Source of the DNA: Candidatus Poribacteria bacterium
Lineage (GTDB): Bacteria > Poribacteria > WGA-4E > WGA-3G
Direction: 5' to 3'
DNA: 64,000 nucleotides
NCBI GenBank assembly: GCA_965205025.1
Contig: CBDBFU010000014.1
Location: 96,001-160,000 of the forward strand
Shown here: positions 10,589-21,442 of the stretch, piece after piece
Position numbering within the stretch: the stretch's first letter is position 1
Layout of the letters: every line of letters begins with the position of its first letter
The notes under the pieces: model-generated
Database searches by the model: none
What the model was told of the DNA's origin: nothing
Seen by the model: the letters and a program-made list of their open reading frames with translations, nothing else
Made by a program: the position numbers and the translations under genes

Positions 10589-11849
10589 TCACCTATCCTC
10601 TGGTCTGATATGACCAAGATGAACGATTGTCATACTGACAAAGTTTAGGAAAAAGGAAATCACATCGTTTTTTCGGAGTAATAAGATTATCTTCTGTGCG
10701 CGCCACTAATGTTGCGTCCATTAATGTCTGTACAGCTTTCTCTATCGCATCTTCTGATATGTCGCTCTCTTTTGCCAAATCCGCGACAGATTTGTCACCC
10801 TTTACCAACTGTCTTAAAACAGCGACTATAGTGGGATTTGTGAAGAGATGCGTAAAATTTACGATGTCCGCATCTGGTGCTTTATTTAGGAAAATATCAA
10901 TGCTATCCGACCAATATGCAATACGCGATTTACCTGCATTGGCAGCGGTCTTATATACACCAACATAACCCCAGGCCACGTGATTTTCGGCATCTTCGGG
11001 GAGTGTGCTTAATGTCTTAAATGCATCACTTCGTTGTGAGCGAGGATGATGCGGCATATCAAATTTATCACTTAGTTGATCCGAGAGAGAATGAATCTGT
11101 TCACGAAGTTCAGCTATGTCTTCTTGCAAATCAGGTGAAATTCTTACTTGCTTCCCCGTTAGGTTATGCAAGGTTTCCTCAGAATTTTCCTCAACTTTGG
11201 TTTCATCTTTCACTTCTTTTGCCATGATAATATCTCCTTTTAACTGGTGTTGGGAACGTTGTTCCTTTTCAACTGTAATGTCTAACGCCTCTTGAATCAT
11301 ATATTTATACTTCTTTACTCGTTGCCGCGCACGGCGGATCCGACTCTTCACCGTATTTTCGGACAGGCCTAAGTACGTTCCGATTTCCGAAGAGGTCATC
11401 TCTTCAAAGTAGTGGAGTGTAATAACTTCCCGATCACTCTCCTTCAACTTCGCAAGCAATTTCTTGACGAGGTTGTGTTGCGCCTCCGCAGTAGTTTTCG
11501 CTTGTTCTGCAGCAACATATTGGGAATACGCCTCTGTCTCAATTTCTGACATGTCGGTTTCTTCCAGGGACTCAGTTTTTATCCGATTTTTGCGAAACCA
11601 TGCGTTACAGAGATTATTCACAATCTTATAGAGCCATCTTGAAAACTGTGTCGAATCTTCCAAAGTTTCCAGCTTCTGATACACTTGTAGGAAGGCCTCT
11701 TGCGTAATATCCTCAGCGATATGGAAATCTCCTGTTTTCCGCCAGGAATGTGCATGAACCTGTTTACTGTACTTTCCAATCAAACATGCAAAGGCATCCT
11801 CATCACCTTCAAGGATACGTTGAATCAACGCAATATCTTCGTTTTTCAC
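10589..11849 (-). CDS. ECF sigma factor fused to a domain ending in an ArsR-like winged HTH
   Basis: Sigma regions 2 and 4; LFTNPTIVAVLRQLVKGDKSVADLAKE wHTH; probable extra A near 10670 shifts the last codons. Confidence 0.8.
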
Positions 11850-11887
11850 CAAAAGCCTCCAGGAAGTATATCTTTACTCACTCATAT

Positions 11888-11921
11888 ATAATGACGCGAA
11901 TTAGGAGAAAAAAGGTGCATA
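11888..11921 (-). promoter_or_regulatory. Putative ECF promoter TATGCACC-N11-AATTCGCGTC
   Basis: Matches 10384-10417. Confidence 0.6.
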
Positions 11922-12027
11922 TTTTTGGAATGGAATCAATGCCTCTGTTCAGAACACAAAACCACTTGACAATTCAGGTAAATTGATGCTAATATTGATT
12001 GTATAAAGATAAGGAGAAAAAAGCAAT

Positions 12028-13135
12028 ATGGCATCAAAAAGTGAATTAAAGTCGATGTTAAACGCACCTATAGGTTTAGCACCCAATACATACTTGCATT
12101 TTTATAACGGTGGTAAACTTCGGGCAGAATTTATGGGGGAATCTGATCCGAAAGATGACTACTATTCTGAGGAATGGATTTTCTCAACAAATCGCGCAAT
12201 TACACCCGGAAGAGAGAATCCACCTGACAAAGGCTTTAGTCGTATCACACTTCCTAATGGAGAAGAGGTCTTATTAAAGGAATTATTAGATGCATTTCCA
12301 GAAGAAACATTAGGTGACGCACACGTAGCAAAATACGGTACGGACCTCGGAGTTTTACTCAAGATTTTTGATGTAGGCGAAGGCGCACATATCCCAATAC
12401 ATTGGCATCCAAACCCAGATTTCGCACAAGAACATCTAAATTCACCATTCGGAAAAAATGAAGCATGGATATTAATCGGTACACGACCAGGCGCAAAAGC
12501 TTGGATCGGTTGGAAAGAAGCAATAGAGAAATCTGAATTCCGTCGTCTCATGGAAGCACAAGATATAGAAACTCTACGCAGTTTAATGCATGTCGTTGAA
12601 CCAAAGGTAGGAGAAGTATACTATTTACGGACACCAATCGTCCATTCTCTCGGTACAGGATTATGTGTACTTGAACCTCAAGAACCAACAGATTGGAACA
12701 TACTTGCGGAATGGGAAGGTTTTCCCTATGATAAAGAAGATGGACATTGTGGACTCGGTTGGGACTTAGCGGTTGAGGCAGCCGAATATGATAAACTTGA
12801 ACTGGATTATCTAAACAATTACATTAGACGAAAACCTGAACTCGTTAGAGCAGAAGGAGATAGCCGAGAAGATCGAATTGTTCCTGAAGAAGCCTCTAAA
12901 TATTTTGGTTGTTCACGCCTAACTGTCACTTCCACGCTAAGTATGCCTAAAGGTAAGGGGTTCTATGCGCTTGTCACTTTAGGGGGTGAAGGTGTACTAC
13001 GTGGTGATTTTGATGATGTCGAACTCAAACGTGGAAAATCTGTCTTTATCCCAAGAAGTTTACCAGGCTTATGACATTGTTAGCACAGGTAGTGAACCGA
13101 TGGAAGTAATTTGTTGTTATCCACCAAGTCTATAG
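12028..13135 (+). CDS. Mannose-6-phosphate isomerase class I-like cupin protein (frameshift near 13068)
   Basis: LLKIFD..IPIHWHP, GKNEAW, VHSLG motifs; C-terminus YDIVSTGSEPMEVICCYPPSL* is in another frame. Confidence 0.75.
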
Positions 13136-13275
13136 ATATTGATATTGTGCTGTATAATTTAGTATATATCCAAAGTTTCAATCAAATAGGAGAAACATAT
13201 CTGTTAAATACAACAAAGGACTTATAATTTCAGAGCATACAGAAACAGGGAGATATATACGAATTACCTGCTAAT

Positions 13276-14493
13276 ATGTTAGATTTCAAACCTCCTAAAC
13301 CGAATGAGATAGCAATTAAGGTTGTACAGTCTCTCACTGCGTTAGGGAATAGATTGTATCCAAAAGGGTTGACATTAGATATTGATGAGAACTCTATTTC
13401 ACGACTGAAATCAACATTCGGTCATCCTACCGTCATAGCCCCAAACCATGCAGCATCGGCTGATCAAACCGTTGTTTTCTTTTTATCAAAGAAGTTATCA
13501 CAGCCATTCTACTATATGGCAGCTCGTGAATCATTTGATAAAGGTAGGTTTTCCGGTGTTAGAAGCATGCTAATGCAACAAATGGGGGTTTATTCCGTCG
13601 TGCGCGGAACAGTTGACAGAAACGCATTTCGTACAACTCGGCAAATTCTATCGGAAGGGAAATGGCCACTGGTCGTATTTGGGGAAGGTGAAGTCTCTCG
13701 TCAAAACGACACTGTCATGCGGTTTGAAAGAGGTATAATACAACTCTGTTTTTGGGCATTAGACGACATCAAGAAAACCGGTGAAGACAAGCCACTTTAT
13801 GTAGTTCCTGTTGGAATAAAATATCGTTTTACTGAAGACATGTGGGATATTATTGATTTTGCATTAACAAAATTAGAGCAACATATACTTCCACCATCTA
13901 CCCGCACACCAGAAGAACGATACCAAAGACTTAGACGTATAGGTATGTCTGTTTTAAAAACGCTCGCTGATGAATATCAATATAAAGTGGATCAATCCGT
14001 TTCTCTAAATGAACATATTCAAGGACTTAAGGAACAGATACTATCACATGCAGAAAAAATCATGGGTATACAACCAAACGGAGATATTCTCACGCGGGTA
14101 CGGGTCTTAAGAAATCTTGTGGATACCGAAATCTACAAAGATGTTGAACAGATGACAGACTATGAACGAAAGATACATCAAGAACTTTTACAGAAATTTC
14201 AACAGTTTTACCCAGATTTAGATCGTTTAGTCAATTTCATTGCAATAACTGACGGTTATGTGGCTGAAGATGAATCTCCTGAACGTTACCTTGAAGTGAT
14301 CGCACGTTTAGAAAAGGAAGTTTTTGGGGATGCTAAGATGCGCGGTCCGCGTGTTGCGTCTATCAGGGCAGGTGAACCAAAGAATCTATTAGAAGAATAT
14401 GATGCATATAAGAATGATAAAAGAAATACTGTTGAAAATATTACCGCTGGACTGGAAAACGATGTACAAAATTTGATTACTGGATTCAATTAG
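13276..14493 (+). CDS. PlsC-like 1-acyl-sn-glycerol-3-phosphate acyltransferase
   Basis: NHAASAD (HX4D), FGEGE, VPVGIKY. Confidence 0.85.
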   Translation: MLDFKPPKPNEIAIKVVQSLTALGNRLYPKGLTLDIDENSISRLKSTFGHPTVIAPNHAASADQTVVFFLSKKLSQPFYYMAARESFDKGRFSGVRSMLMQQMGVYSVVRGTVDRNAFRTTRQILSEGKWPLVVFGEGEVSRQNDTVMRFERGIIQLCFWALDDIKKTGEDKPLYVVPVGIKYRFTEDMWDIIDFALTKLEQHILPPSTRTPEERYQRLRRIGMSVLKTLADEYQYKVDQSVSLNEHIQGLKEQILSHAEKIMGIQPNGDILTRVRVLRNLVDTEIYKDVEQMTDYERKIHQELLQKFQQFYPDLDRLVNFIAITDGYVAEDESPERYLEVIARLEKEVFGDAKMRGPRVASIRAGEPKNLLEEYDAYKNDKRNTVENITAGLENDVQNLITGFN

Positions 14494-14578
14494 ACATAGT
14501 TGTTTTTCAAAAAGGTTTTAGAATTATTGTCTATGATTATGTAAACGTATCTTTTTGAGACATTAATAAATAATATAT

Positions 14579-14681
14579 TATAGTAGAGTTTAGAATTAAT
14601 AGGACACTCTGTGCCGGTTCGGTTAGGAAACCGAACCTACCAGGGGTAAAAGTGTCTATTTATTTTTTTAGTTTAACTATA
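14579..14681. mobile_element. TATAGT...ACTATA-ended MITE wrapping a GTAG-REP hairpin
   Basis: Imperfect TIRs of about 29 bp; internal GGTTCGGTTAGGAAACCGAACCTAC. Confidence 0.7.
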
Positions 14682-14716
14682 TAAAGATGATATAAAGATG
14701 CCTATAGGAGGAATAT

Positions 14717-15634
14717 ATGGCAAAGAAATTGTCTATTGGAAGTTGGGCTTACGCTTTCGGACCTTATGAAGATAACCCTGTACCCTTTGATGATGTTGTC
14801 AAACGTCTCGGAGAACTGGAATTTGATGGTATCGAAATCGGGGCATTTAAACCACATATCGATATCAACGACTACCCTATGAAGAGTGATCGGGATGCGG
14901 TTAAAGGTTTGATTAGTTATTACGGGTTAGAAGTATCTGGATTAGCAGCAGATTTCTGGTCTCATCCCGGACCGGGAACCGACGAAGCGCAAGAGGACGA
15001 CGCATATTTCAAACTCTTCAGACGTAACCTTCAACTTGCACTTGATCTCGGTTCACCATCAATACGTGTTGACACAGTAATCAGTTATCCTGAGAAAGAA
15101 ATTGAAGGAGTTGAACGTCAAGAAGCGTGGGATAGGATTGCATCCCTATGGAGACGTTGTGCGCAAGTGGCTGAAGACTATGGTGTACTGATGTTATGGG
15201 AATTTGAACCAGGCTTTATGTTCAATAAACCCAGTGACATCATAAACTTGCCTAAGGCTGTAGATCACCCCAATTTTAAGGTTATGTTTGATACATGTCA
15301 TGCACAGATGTGTGCAACAGTTGGCTCAAGACAGGTCGGTGAAAAGGAGACACTGGGTGATAATGGGGTTATTGCGCTTGCCCGTCAACTCAAAGGTGAA
15401 ATCGGACACTTCCACCTTATCGATTCTGACAATACGTTACACGGAGACGAAACAAGTACTCACGCTCCATTTGGAGATGGTGTGCTGGATTTTGATGCTA
15501 TTATACCTGTCATCATGGATGAAACAGGATATGACGGGGAATGGTTCTCTATTGATCTCTGTTTCTGGCCAGAAGCATGGGATGTAACGGAAAATGCAAA
15601 GAAATTCCTAACCCCTTATTTAGAAAGATATTAG
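14717..15634 (+). CDS. Sugar phosphate isomerase/epimerase (xylose isomerase-like TIM barrel)
   Basis: FDGIEI, WEFEP, FDTCH, HFHLID metal-binding motifs. Confidence 0.85.
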   Translation: MAKKLSIGSWAYAFGPYEDNPVPFDDVVKRLGELEFDGIEIGAFKPHIDINDYPMKSDRDAVKGLISYYGLEVSGLAADFWSHPGPGTDEAQEDDAYFKLFRRNLQLALDLGSPSIRVDTVISYPEKEIEGVERQEAWDRIASLWRRCAQVAEDYGVLMLWEFEPGFMFNKPSDIINLPKAVDHPNFKVMFDTCHAQMCATVGSRQVGEKETLGDNGVIALARQLKGEIGHFHLIDSDNTLHGDETSTHAPFGDGVLDFDAIIPVIMDETGYDGEWFSIDLCFWPEAWDVTENAKKFLTPYLERY

Positions 15635-15739
15635 TTCTAAAGTTATCCGTGGGGAGAGGATAGAAATGTCTTTATTCGGATAGTTCTTTCCCTGCGGATT
15701 TTTCTATGATCTGATGTTACCTTTGTATTCCAAGCGAAC

Positions 15740-16579
15740 ATGTTAAATAATACTACACTTAACGCTTTGCTTGATCTTGCATTATCTGAGGATATAGGTA
15801 TTGGTGATATTACAACCGAAGCAACTATACCGCCTTCCCAAAATGCAATCGGTATACTCACCGCGAAAAGTGAAGGTGTAGTTGCTGGATTACCTGTAGC
15901 AGAAAAAACATTCGCAAAAGTGGATACTTCACTTGATTTACGCTCTATCGTAAAAGAGGGTGATGCTGTCTCCGTGGGAACATCCATCGCTGAGGTTGAA
16001 GGAAGTGCTAAGTCAATCTTGATCGGTGAGAGGACAGCGTTAAACTTTCTTCAACGATTATCAGGTGTGGCAACCTTGACATCCTTATTTGTAGATGCAG
16101 TTCGTGACTATGATGTAAAGATAGTTGATACCCGTAAGACAACACCAGGATTACGTGCACTTCAAAAATATGCAGTGCGTGTTGGGGGTGGCAATAATCA
16201 CCGTTATGGTCTTTATGATGGTATACTCATAAAAGACAATCATATCATTGCAGCTGGTGGTATTCACAACGCAGTGGAACGTACAAAATTCACCGCCCCA
16301 CATACTGCGAAAATAGAGGTAGAAGTTGAAACTCTTGAACAGGTACAAGAAGCGTTAGAAGCAAAGGCTGATATTCTACTACTTGATAATATGTCGATTG
16401 AAATGATGAAAACAGTTGTTAAACTTGTCGGCAACAGAGCAATGACTGAGGCGTCCGGGGGAATCACATTGGAACGGGTGCAGGCTGTTGCGTCTACAGG
16501 TGTTAATCTAATATCTATTGGTGCATTGACACATTCAGCAATGCCAATGGACATTAGTTTGAACCTAAAACTATCGTGA
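15740..16579 (+). CDS. nadC: Nicotinate-nucleotide diphosphorylase (carboxylating)
   Basis: DTRKTTPG, KDNH, EVEVE, LLDNM, EASGG, ISIGALTHS. Confidence 0.95.
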   Translation: MLNNTTLNALLDLALSEDIGIGDITTEATIPPSQNAIGILTAKSEGVVAGLPVAEKTFAKVDTSLDLRSIVKEGDAVSVGTSIAEVEGSAKSILIGERTALNFLQRLSGVATLTSLFVDAVRDYDVKIVDTRKTTPGLRALQKYAVRVGGGNNHRYGLYDGILIKDNHIIAAGGIHNAVERTKFTAPHTAKIEVEVETLEQVQEALEAKADILLLDNMSIEMMKTVVKLVGNRAMTEASGGITLERVQAVASTGVNLISIGALTHSAMPMDISLNLKLS

Positions 16580-16609
16580 GTTTGATGAAGGAAGAGGAAA
16601 TATAATAGC

Positions 16610-17758
16610 ATGCAGGCACCACTGAGCCGCGAGAATATGATTCGCGGTGTTCTTTTGTTTACGCTGTTTACGGTAGTTGGGTTAGTACTCAGCTTTTTAT
16701 GGACTCATGGATCACAGGACCTTAGGGAAGGTGCAGAGGAATTACGTCAAGTACTCCTGCACATGCGGTATGAATTCCTCCTCGGTGCTACTTTATTTAT
16801 GTTTGTGGATTGGTTGTGTGCTGGTTTACGATACCATGTTTTTATTCGAATTGTCGCACCAACTATCAAATTTAGGAATAGTTTCCGAGCAATTTTAGCT
16901 ACAATTTGTGTTTCTGCAATTACACCCTTTCAAACTGGTGGTGTTGGACACCTTTATATATATGCACGGTCTGGTGTCCCTTTTTCTGGTGCATTAACAG
17001 CAGGTATTGCCTCTTTTTTATCTACCTTAGTAATTCTTATTTGTGCCGCTGGTGGAATACTATTATTTATGCCAGCAACTATACCTGAAGGAACGACTTG
17101 GATCAGTCTATTTAGTTTTCTCATATTCGGTTTAGTCTTTATCACTTTTCTACTCTTACTTTTCAAACCTGAAATTGTCACACGCATCTTTTACTGGTTA
17201 TCTGATCTGGTTGGACGTAGATTTAAACCGATTGCTCCAATCTTAGAACGAGTAAAATCAAAAGTAGAACAAATTTCTGTAGAACATAAAACATTTGCAA
17301 GATCACTTATTAGAGACCATAAATGGACATGCTTACTTAGTTTACTACTTACCTGTGCCTTCCTCTTTGCACGGATTGTAGGTGGATACTACGTCTTACG
17401 TGCATTTAACACTAAGGTCGGCTTATGGGATCTTTGTATAGTAGAAATGTTATATAACTTTGTTGTGCTTTTTGCCCCAACACCGGGAGCAAGTGGATTT
17501 GCTGAAGGGACGAAGAGTTTGTTAATGAAGACACTTGTAGTTGAGAGAGTTATTACACCTTTCGTACTATTAACAAGATTTTTTGCTGTTTATTGCGGCG
17601 TAATTTTGGGGGGTATTGTCATATCTCTACAATTAGCAAAGGATCTAAGAACTAATAAGAAGGTTATATCTAAGGATGTTACCTCTCAACCACTTATTAA
17701 CCCGTTAGAACAACTTGAAGATAAGAAAAATATCCCAGAAAAAGATTACAGTCGGTAA
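16610..17758 (+). CDS. Lysylphosphatidylglycerol synthase TM / flippase-like membrane protein (UPF0104)
   Basis: Multiple TM helices; ITPFQTGG; PTPGASGFAEG. Confidence 0.8.
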   Translation: MQAPLSRENMIRGVLLFTLFTVVGLVLSFLWTHGSQDLREGAEELRQVLLHMRYEFLLGATLFMFVDWLCAGLRYHVFIRIVAPTIKFRNSFRAILATICVSAITPFQTGGVGHLYIYARSGVPFSGALTAGIASFLSTLVILICAAGGILLFMPATIPEGTTWISLFSFLIFGLVFITFLLLLFKPEIVTRIFYWLSDLVGRRFKPIAPILERVKSKVEQISVEHKTFARSLIRDHKWTCLLSLLLTCAFLFARIVGGYYVLRAFNTKVGLWDLCIVEMLYNFVVLFAPTPGASGFAEGTKSLLMKTLVVERVITPFVLLTRFFAVYCGVILGGIVISLQLAKDLRTNKKVISKDVTSQPLINPLEQLEDKKNIPEKDYSR

Positions 17759-17862
17759 ATAGGTAATAATATTAGATCAATTCCTGACAAATTAAAATCG
17801 TAGCACTACAGCGGAGTGCTATGTATTGAATTATTCATACAAGTATGGATAAAAGGAGAATC

Positions 17863-18787
17863 ATGGAAAACACTATTAAAAACATTGAACCATCAACAAC
17901 TAAACTCGGTTGGGTTGGCACAGGGGTTATGGGACGTTGGATGTGTCAACACCTTATGGATCTTGGATACGAGATGACAGTATACAATCGTACGAAATCC
18001 AAGTCGCAACCTTTGATAGATGCAGGAGCAACATGGGCAGATTCACCGAGTAATGTTGCTGCTGCTTCCGATATCATCTTTACCATCGTAGGTTTCCCAC
18101 CAGATGTCCGAGAGGTATATCTTGGAGATAACGGTATATTAAAAGGTGCAAAATCTGGTAGTATCATTGTCGATATGACAACAACTGAACCCTCACTGGC
18201 ACAAGAAATATACACTGAAGCTAAAGCTCAGAATGTATCATCTGTAGATGCTCCTGTATCGGGGGGTGATGTAGGGGCACGCGAAGCACGGCTTTCTATT
18301 ATGGTTGGTGGAGACGAAGATGCCGTTCAAGCAGTTATGCCACTTTTCTCTGCAATGGGTAAAAATATCGTTCATCAAGGAGAAGCAGGGGGCAGGACAG
18401 CACACCAAAATGTGCAACCAAATTACTATATCCGGCACAATGATCGGTGTCTGTGAAGGCTTAATATATGGACACAAAGCGGGTTTGGATTTGGAAACAA
18501 TGCTATCTTCTATCAGTGGTGGTGCAGCCGCATGCTGGTCATTGGACAATTTAGCACCACGTGTATTAAAACGTGACTTTGATCCAGGTTTTTTTGTGGA
18601 ACACTTCATAAAAGACATGAGCATCGCCTTAGACGAAGCCAGAAAAATGAATCTTAGCCTTCCCGGTCTCGCCTTAGTACATCAACTCTATACTGCAGTA
18701 CAAGCACAAGGTCATGGTCGGTTAGGGACACAAGCACTGCTATTGGCTTTAGAGCAAATGTCTGGTACAGAAGTTAAAGGAAAGTAA
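17863..18787 (+). CDS. 3-hydroxyisobutyrate dehydrogenase-family NAD(P) oxidoreductase (frameshift in G-run near 18390)
   Basis: [26 protein letters not shown] split across two ORFs. Confidence 0.85.
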
Positions 18788-18867
18788 TGCCATTACATAT
18801 TTACTATCTGTAGATGGATCAAAGCAAATTTGATTACTATCTGTTATGATACCAATTTTACTTAATT

Positions 18868-18987
18868 AACGTGAGTTTGATTATAGGCGTATGAACTTCA
18901 TCTATCCAAAAATATTACCCTATAGACCGGTAGGTACGGTTTCCTAACCGTACCGAATTCAAGATTCTGTGTTATCAAACTCACGTT
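18868..18987 (+). mobile_element. IS982-end MITE with REP hairpin, 5-bp TSD TAATT
   Basis: TIRs and TSD read directly from the sequence. Confidence 0.85.
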
Positions 18988-19010
18988 TAATTAGCTTATA
19001 TTAATAGCAA

Positions 19011-19245
19011 CTATAGTTTGGACAATTTTTAGATATAGCACTCCGCTGGAGTGCGGGATTGCTATGCTTCACTGCTATAGACATATTGCTCCGCTGGAGC
19101 AAGACCCACAACTTATCCGGATGTTAGACGCAATCAATACACAACTTAACGATACCGTCATTACGATGTCTCCTCACACCAGCGGTGTGATATGTCTATA
19201 GAAATAAGAGGTAGAAAGCCCCGCACTCCAGCGGAGTTCTATGTA
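19011..19245. repeat. Cluster of GCACTCC-AGC-GGAGTGC-type hairpin repeats
   Basis: Four related hairpins in both orientations. Confidence 0.7.
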
Positions 19246-19249
19246 AAGA

Positions 19250-19350
19250 TGTTCGCTTTGGACATAAACGCGCTCCCAGTCGTCTACCTCATGCTGCCCC
19301 ATTATGTGTCCTCTCACTTGCAGATGGGTATGTGCGTCATAAAGGATACC
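19250..19350 (-). pseudogene. Orphan C-terminal fragment of a Y-family secreted protein
   Basis: YDAHTHLQVRGHIMGQHEVDDWE versus YDAHTHLQVRGQIRGQHEEDDWE in 22607-23428. Confidence 0.7.
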
Positions 19351-19367
19351 TGCCTGTGAGATAAGTT

Positions 19368-20417
19368 TCAATCTAATTGCTTAAGGCTGCCCCATTGTGT
19401 TGTCAGTTTATCTTGCGGAGATACAGCATGGAAACCCTCTATCCAGTGTGGTTGATAGTCGTTACTTGGGTGATTTGTTAGGTTTGTGAGTCTTTTACTT
19501 GCCAAATTGTATTTATAGATTTCATAATCGGATTCAGGATCAGCCCCATGTGCTCTCATAGACAGTAGTACATTCAGATCATCTCCCATCCAGCATCCAG
19601 TTGTGATTACCGTGACTTTTGGGAAATCGTGAATATGACGAAATCCTGTATAAACATTATGAACTATCAATTGCGAAGCAATAGGATGTAATTTCCGATC
19701 CGCATCCACTCTGAATAGGTGGTCATCATACATAATGTATCTACCAGATGGTGACCAAACGGGAGCTCCTCTATTCAGATATATACCTTTACCTGGGTTG
19801 CGAGTGAGTCTTCTCTTTCTTTTCCCATCTGCATCCATGATCCAGATATTCCAAGTACTATCATCTTCACCATCATGTTGATAGGCAATCTGTTTGCCAT
19901 CTGGAGACCAGTCCATTCTATGCGACCATGCTGATGGAAAGTCATTGTCTGTAAGTTGCTTCAGATTTCCTGTTTCTAAGTTCAAAGTATAGATATCCCA
20001 ATTCCCTGATCGGTTACTCCTAAATGCAATTTTCTTTCCATTCGGTGATATGACTGGTTTTCTATCAGTAGGGTGATTTATCATAAACCGATGTTCATTT
20101 AATCCTGTCTCATCAATAATCAAGAATTGATTATTGTCTGTCCGTCCCGTTCCAGGATTATGGTCTCTTACAAATAGTATACGTTTGCCATCTGGAAACC
20201 ATCTTGGGGTTCGATTCCAAGTTCCTGCAGGTGTTATTCTTCTGAGATTACTACCATTATCTTCCATCACATAGATATGATATGCCGTTTCACCTTCTCG
20301 TTTGGTTGTGAAGGCAATCTTGGCATGACAACATAAAGTGAATTCTATAAACAACAGAGATATGAGCATAAGACACCAACAATTATACCAGTTTCGGATT
20401 GAAAGATTAAATCTCAT
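19368..20417 (-). CDS. Secreted TolB-like (PD40) beta-propeller, family Z
   Basis: Signal peptide, W(S/F)PDG repeats, C-terminal KLTTQWGSLKQ. Confidence 0.85.
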   Translation of the reverse strand: MRFNLSIRNWYNCWCLMLISLLFIEFTLCCHAKIAFTTKREGETAYHIYVMEDNGSNLRRITPAGTWNRTPRWFPDGKRILFVRDHNPGTGRTDNNQFLIIDETGLNEHRFMINHPTDRKPVISPNGKKIAFRSNRSGNWDIYTLNLETGNLKQLTDNDFPSAWSHRMDWSPDGKQIAYQHDGEDDSTWNIWIMDADGKRKRRLTRNPGKGIYLNRGAPVWSPSGRYIMYDDHLFRVDADRKLHPIASQLIVHNVYTGFRHIHDFPKVTVITTGCWMGDDLNVLLSMRAHGADPESDYEIYKYNLASKRLTNLTNHPSNDYQPHWIEGFHAVSPQDKLTTQWGSLKQLD

Positions 20418-20436
20418 TATGTTCTCCTAATTAGAG

Positions 20437-20475
20437 TAGATCCTCAAAGACTCTTCACGAACCTTTGAGGATCTA
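20437..20475 (-). terminator. 13-bp stem hairpin between Y and Z
   Basis: TAGATCCTCAAAG...CTTTGAGGATCTA. Confidence 0.6.
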
Positions 20476-20485
20476 TAATCACTAT

Positions 20486-21333
20486 TTATTCTTCAACATT
20501 CCATGTACTACTCATTGAAGCAAACCATCTATCTGTATTATCCTCATCTTGTTCCTGTCCACTAATCCATGCTGCAATACTCATTGATGCTTGTACACCA
20601 AAGGAATCTCCTTGTCCGAAAAAAGTAACCTCAAAGGAATCTGAAAACGAAGGGAAAGACACAGATTGTGATTCATCGTTTGCATTAATTGAACCGTGTA
20701 AAATCTGTATTCCATCAGGTTGGTCGAATAGATTATTTTCATCAAGGTTCCCATCCGCTTGTAACTTGCCAACTGCATAGAAAAGATTCATTACATAACT
20801 AATGTCATGTATACCATTATTTGTAATAGAACCGGAGATTGTTGCTTCAGCTGTAGAACCATTCCATCCCGCATTGGCAGAAGCATCTCCTTGTGCTCCT
20901 GTGTGAAACCCCTGTCTCTTATCAACATCTGGAGTGGTATAGACGTACGCTGTGTAGGAATCGGTGTCTTGGTCGATATTGCCATTTTCATCCATAAACG
21001 ATTGAACGACAGCCTTTACCTCATAACTTGTACCGAAAGGGGATCCGGGATAGTAGAAACTACCGGCAGAGAAACAGGCTGTTGTTTGTGGATTGTTAAT
21101 ATCACCATTGCTTGTACCTACATGAACATCGTTAATATACCACCATACATCTGAAAACGGTTCATCCGTTTCTACACAAGCAGAGGGGTAGAGGTATCCA
21201 GCATAGTTGTAGTATTGACCATTACTGGGGTACAACGACGTAATTTCTATTGCTTCACTGTTATTTACCAGTGTGAACAAGAATACAGAACAGATGATCG
21301 TTATTGCGAGGGCCACATTGTGTGTTTCAACAT
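20486..21333 (-). CDS. Secreted acidic unknown protein, family Y (2-bp insertion after codon 4, or GTG start at 21316)
   Basis: Signal peptide and leader are near-identical to those of 22607-23428; mature part diverged. Confidence 0.75.
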
Positions 21334-21442
21334 TTTTTCATCTCCTATGAAAAGTTGACATGCTTTGTAGCATATCGTTGTGTTTATCGGATAACCTATG
21401 AGGAGCATTTGCACCTACAGCTGGAAGTATTTCGTAACATGT

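Noticed and set aside
18380-18395. Programmed frameshift or phase variation in the dehydrogenase G-run
   Set aside because: Short G6 run in a region with many similar indels; an error is more parsimonious
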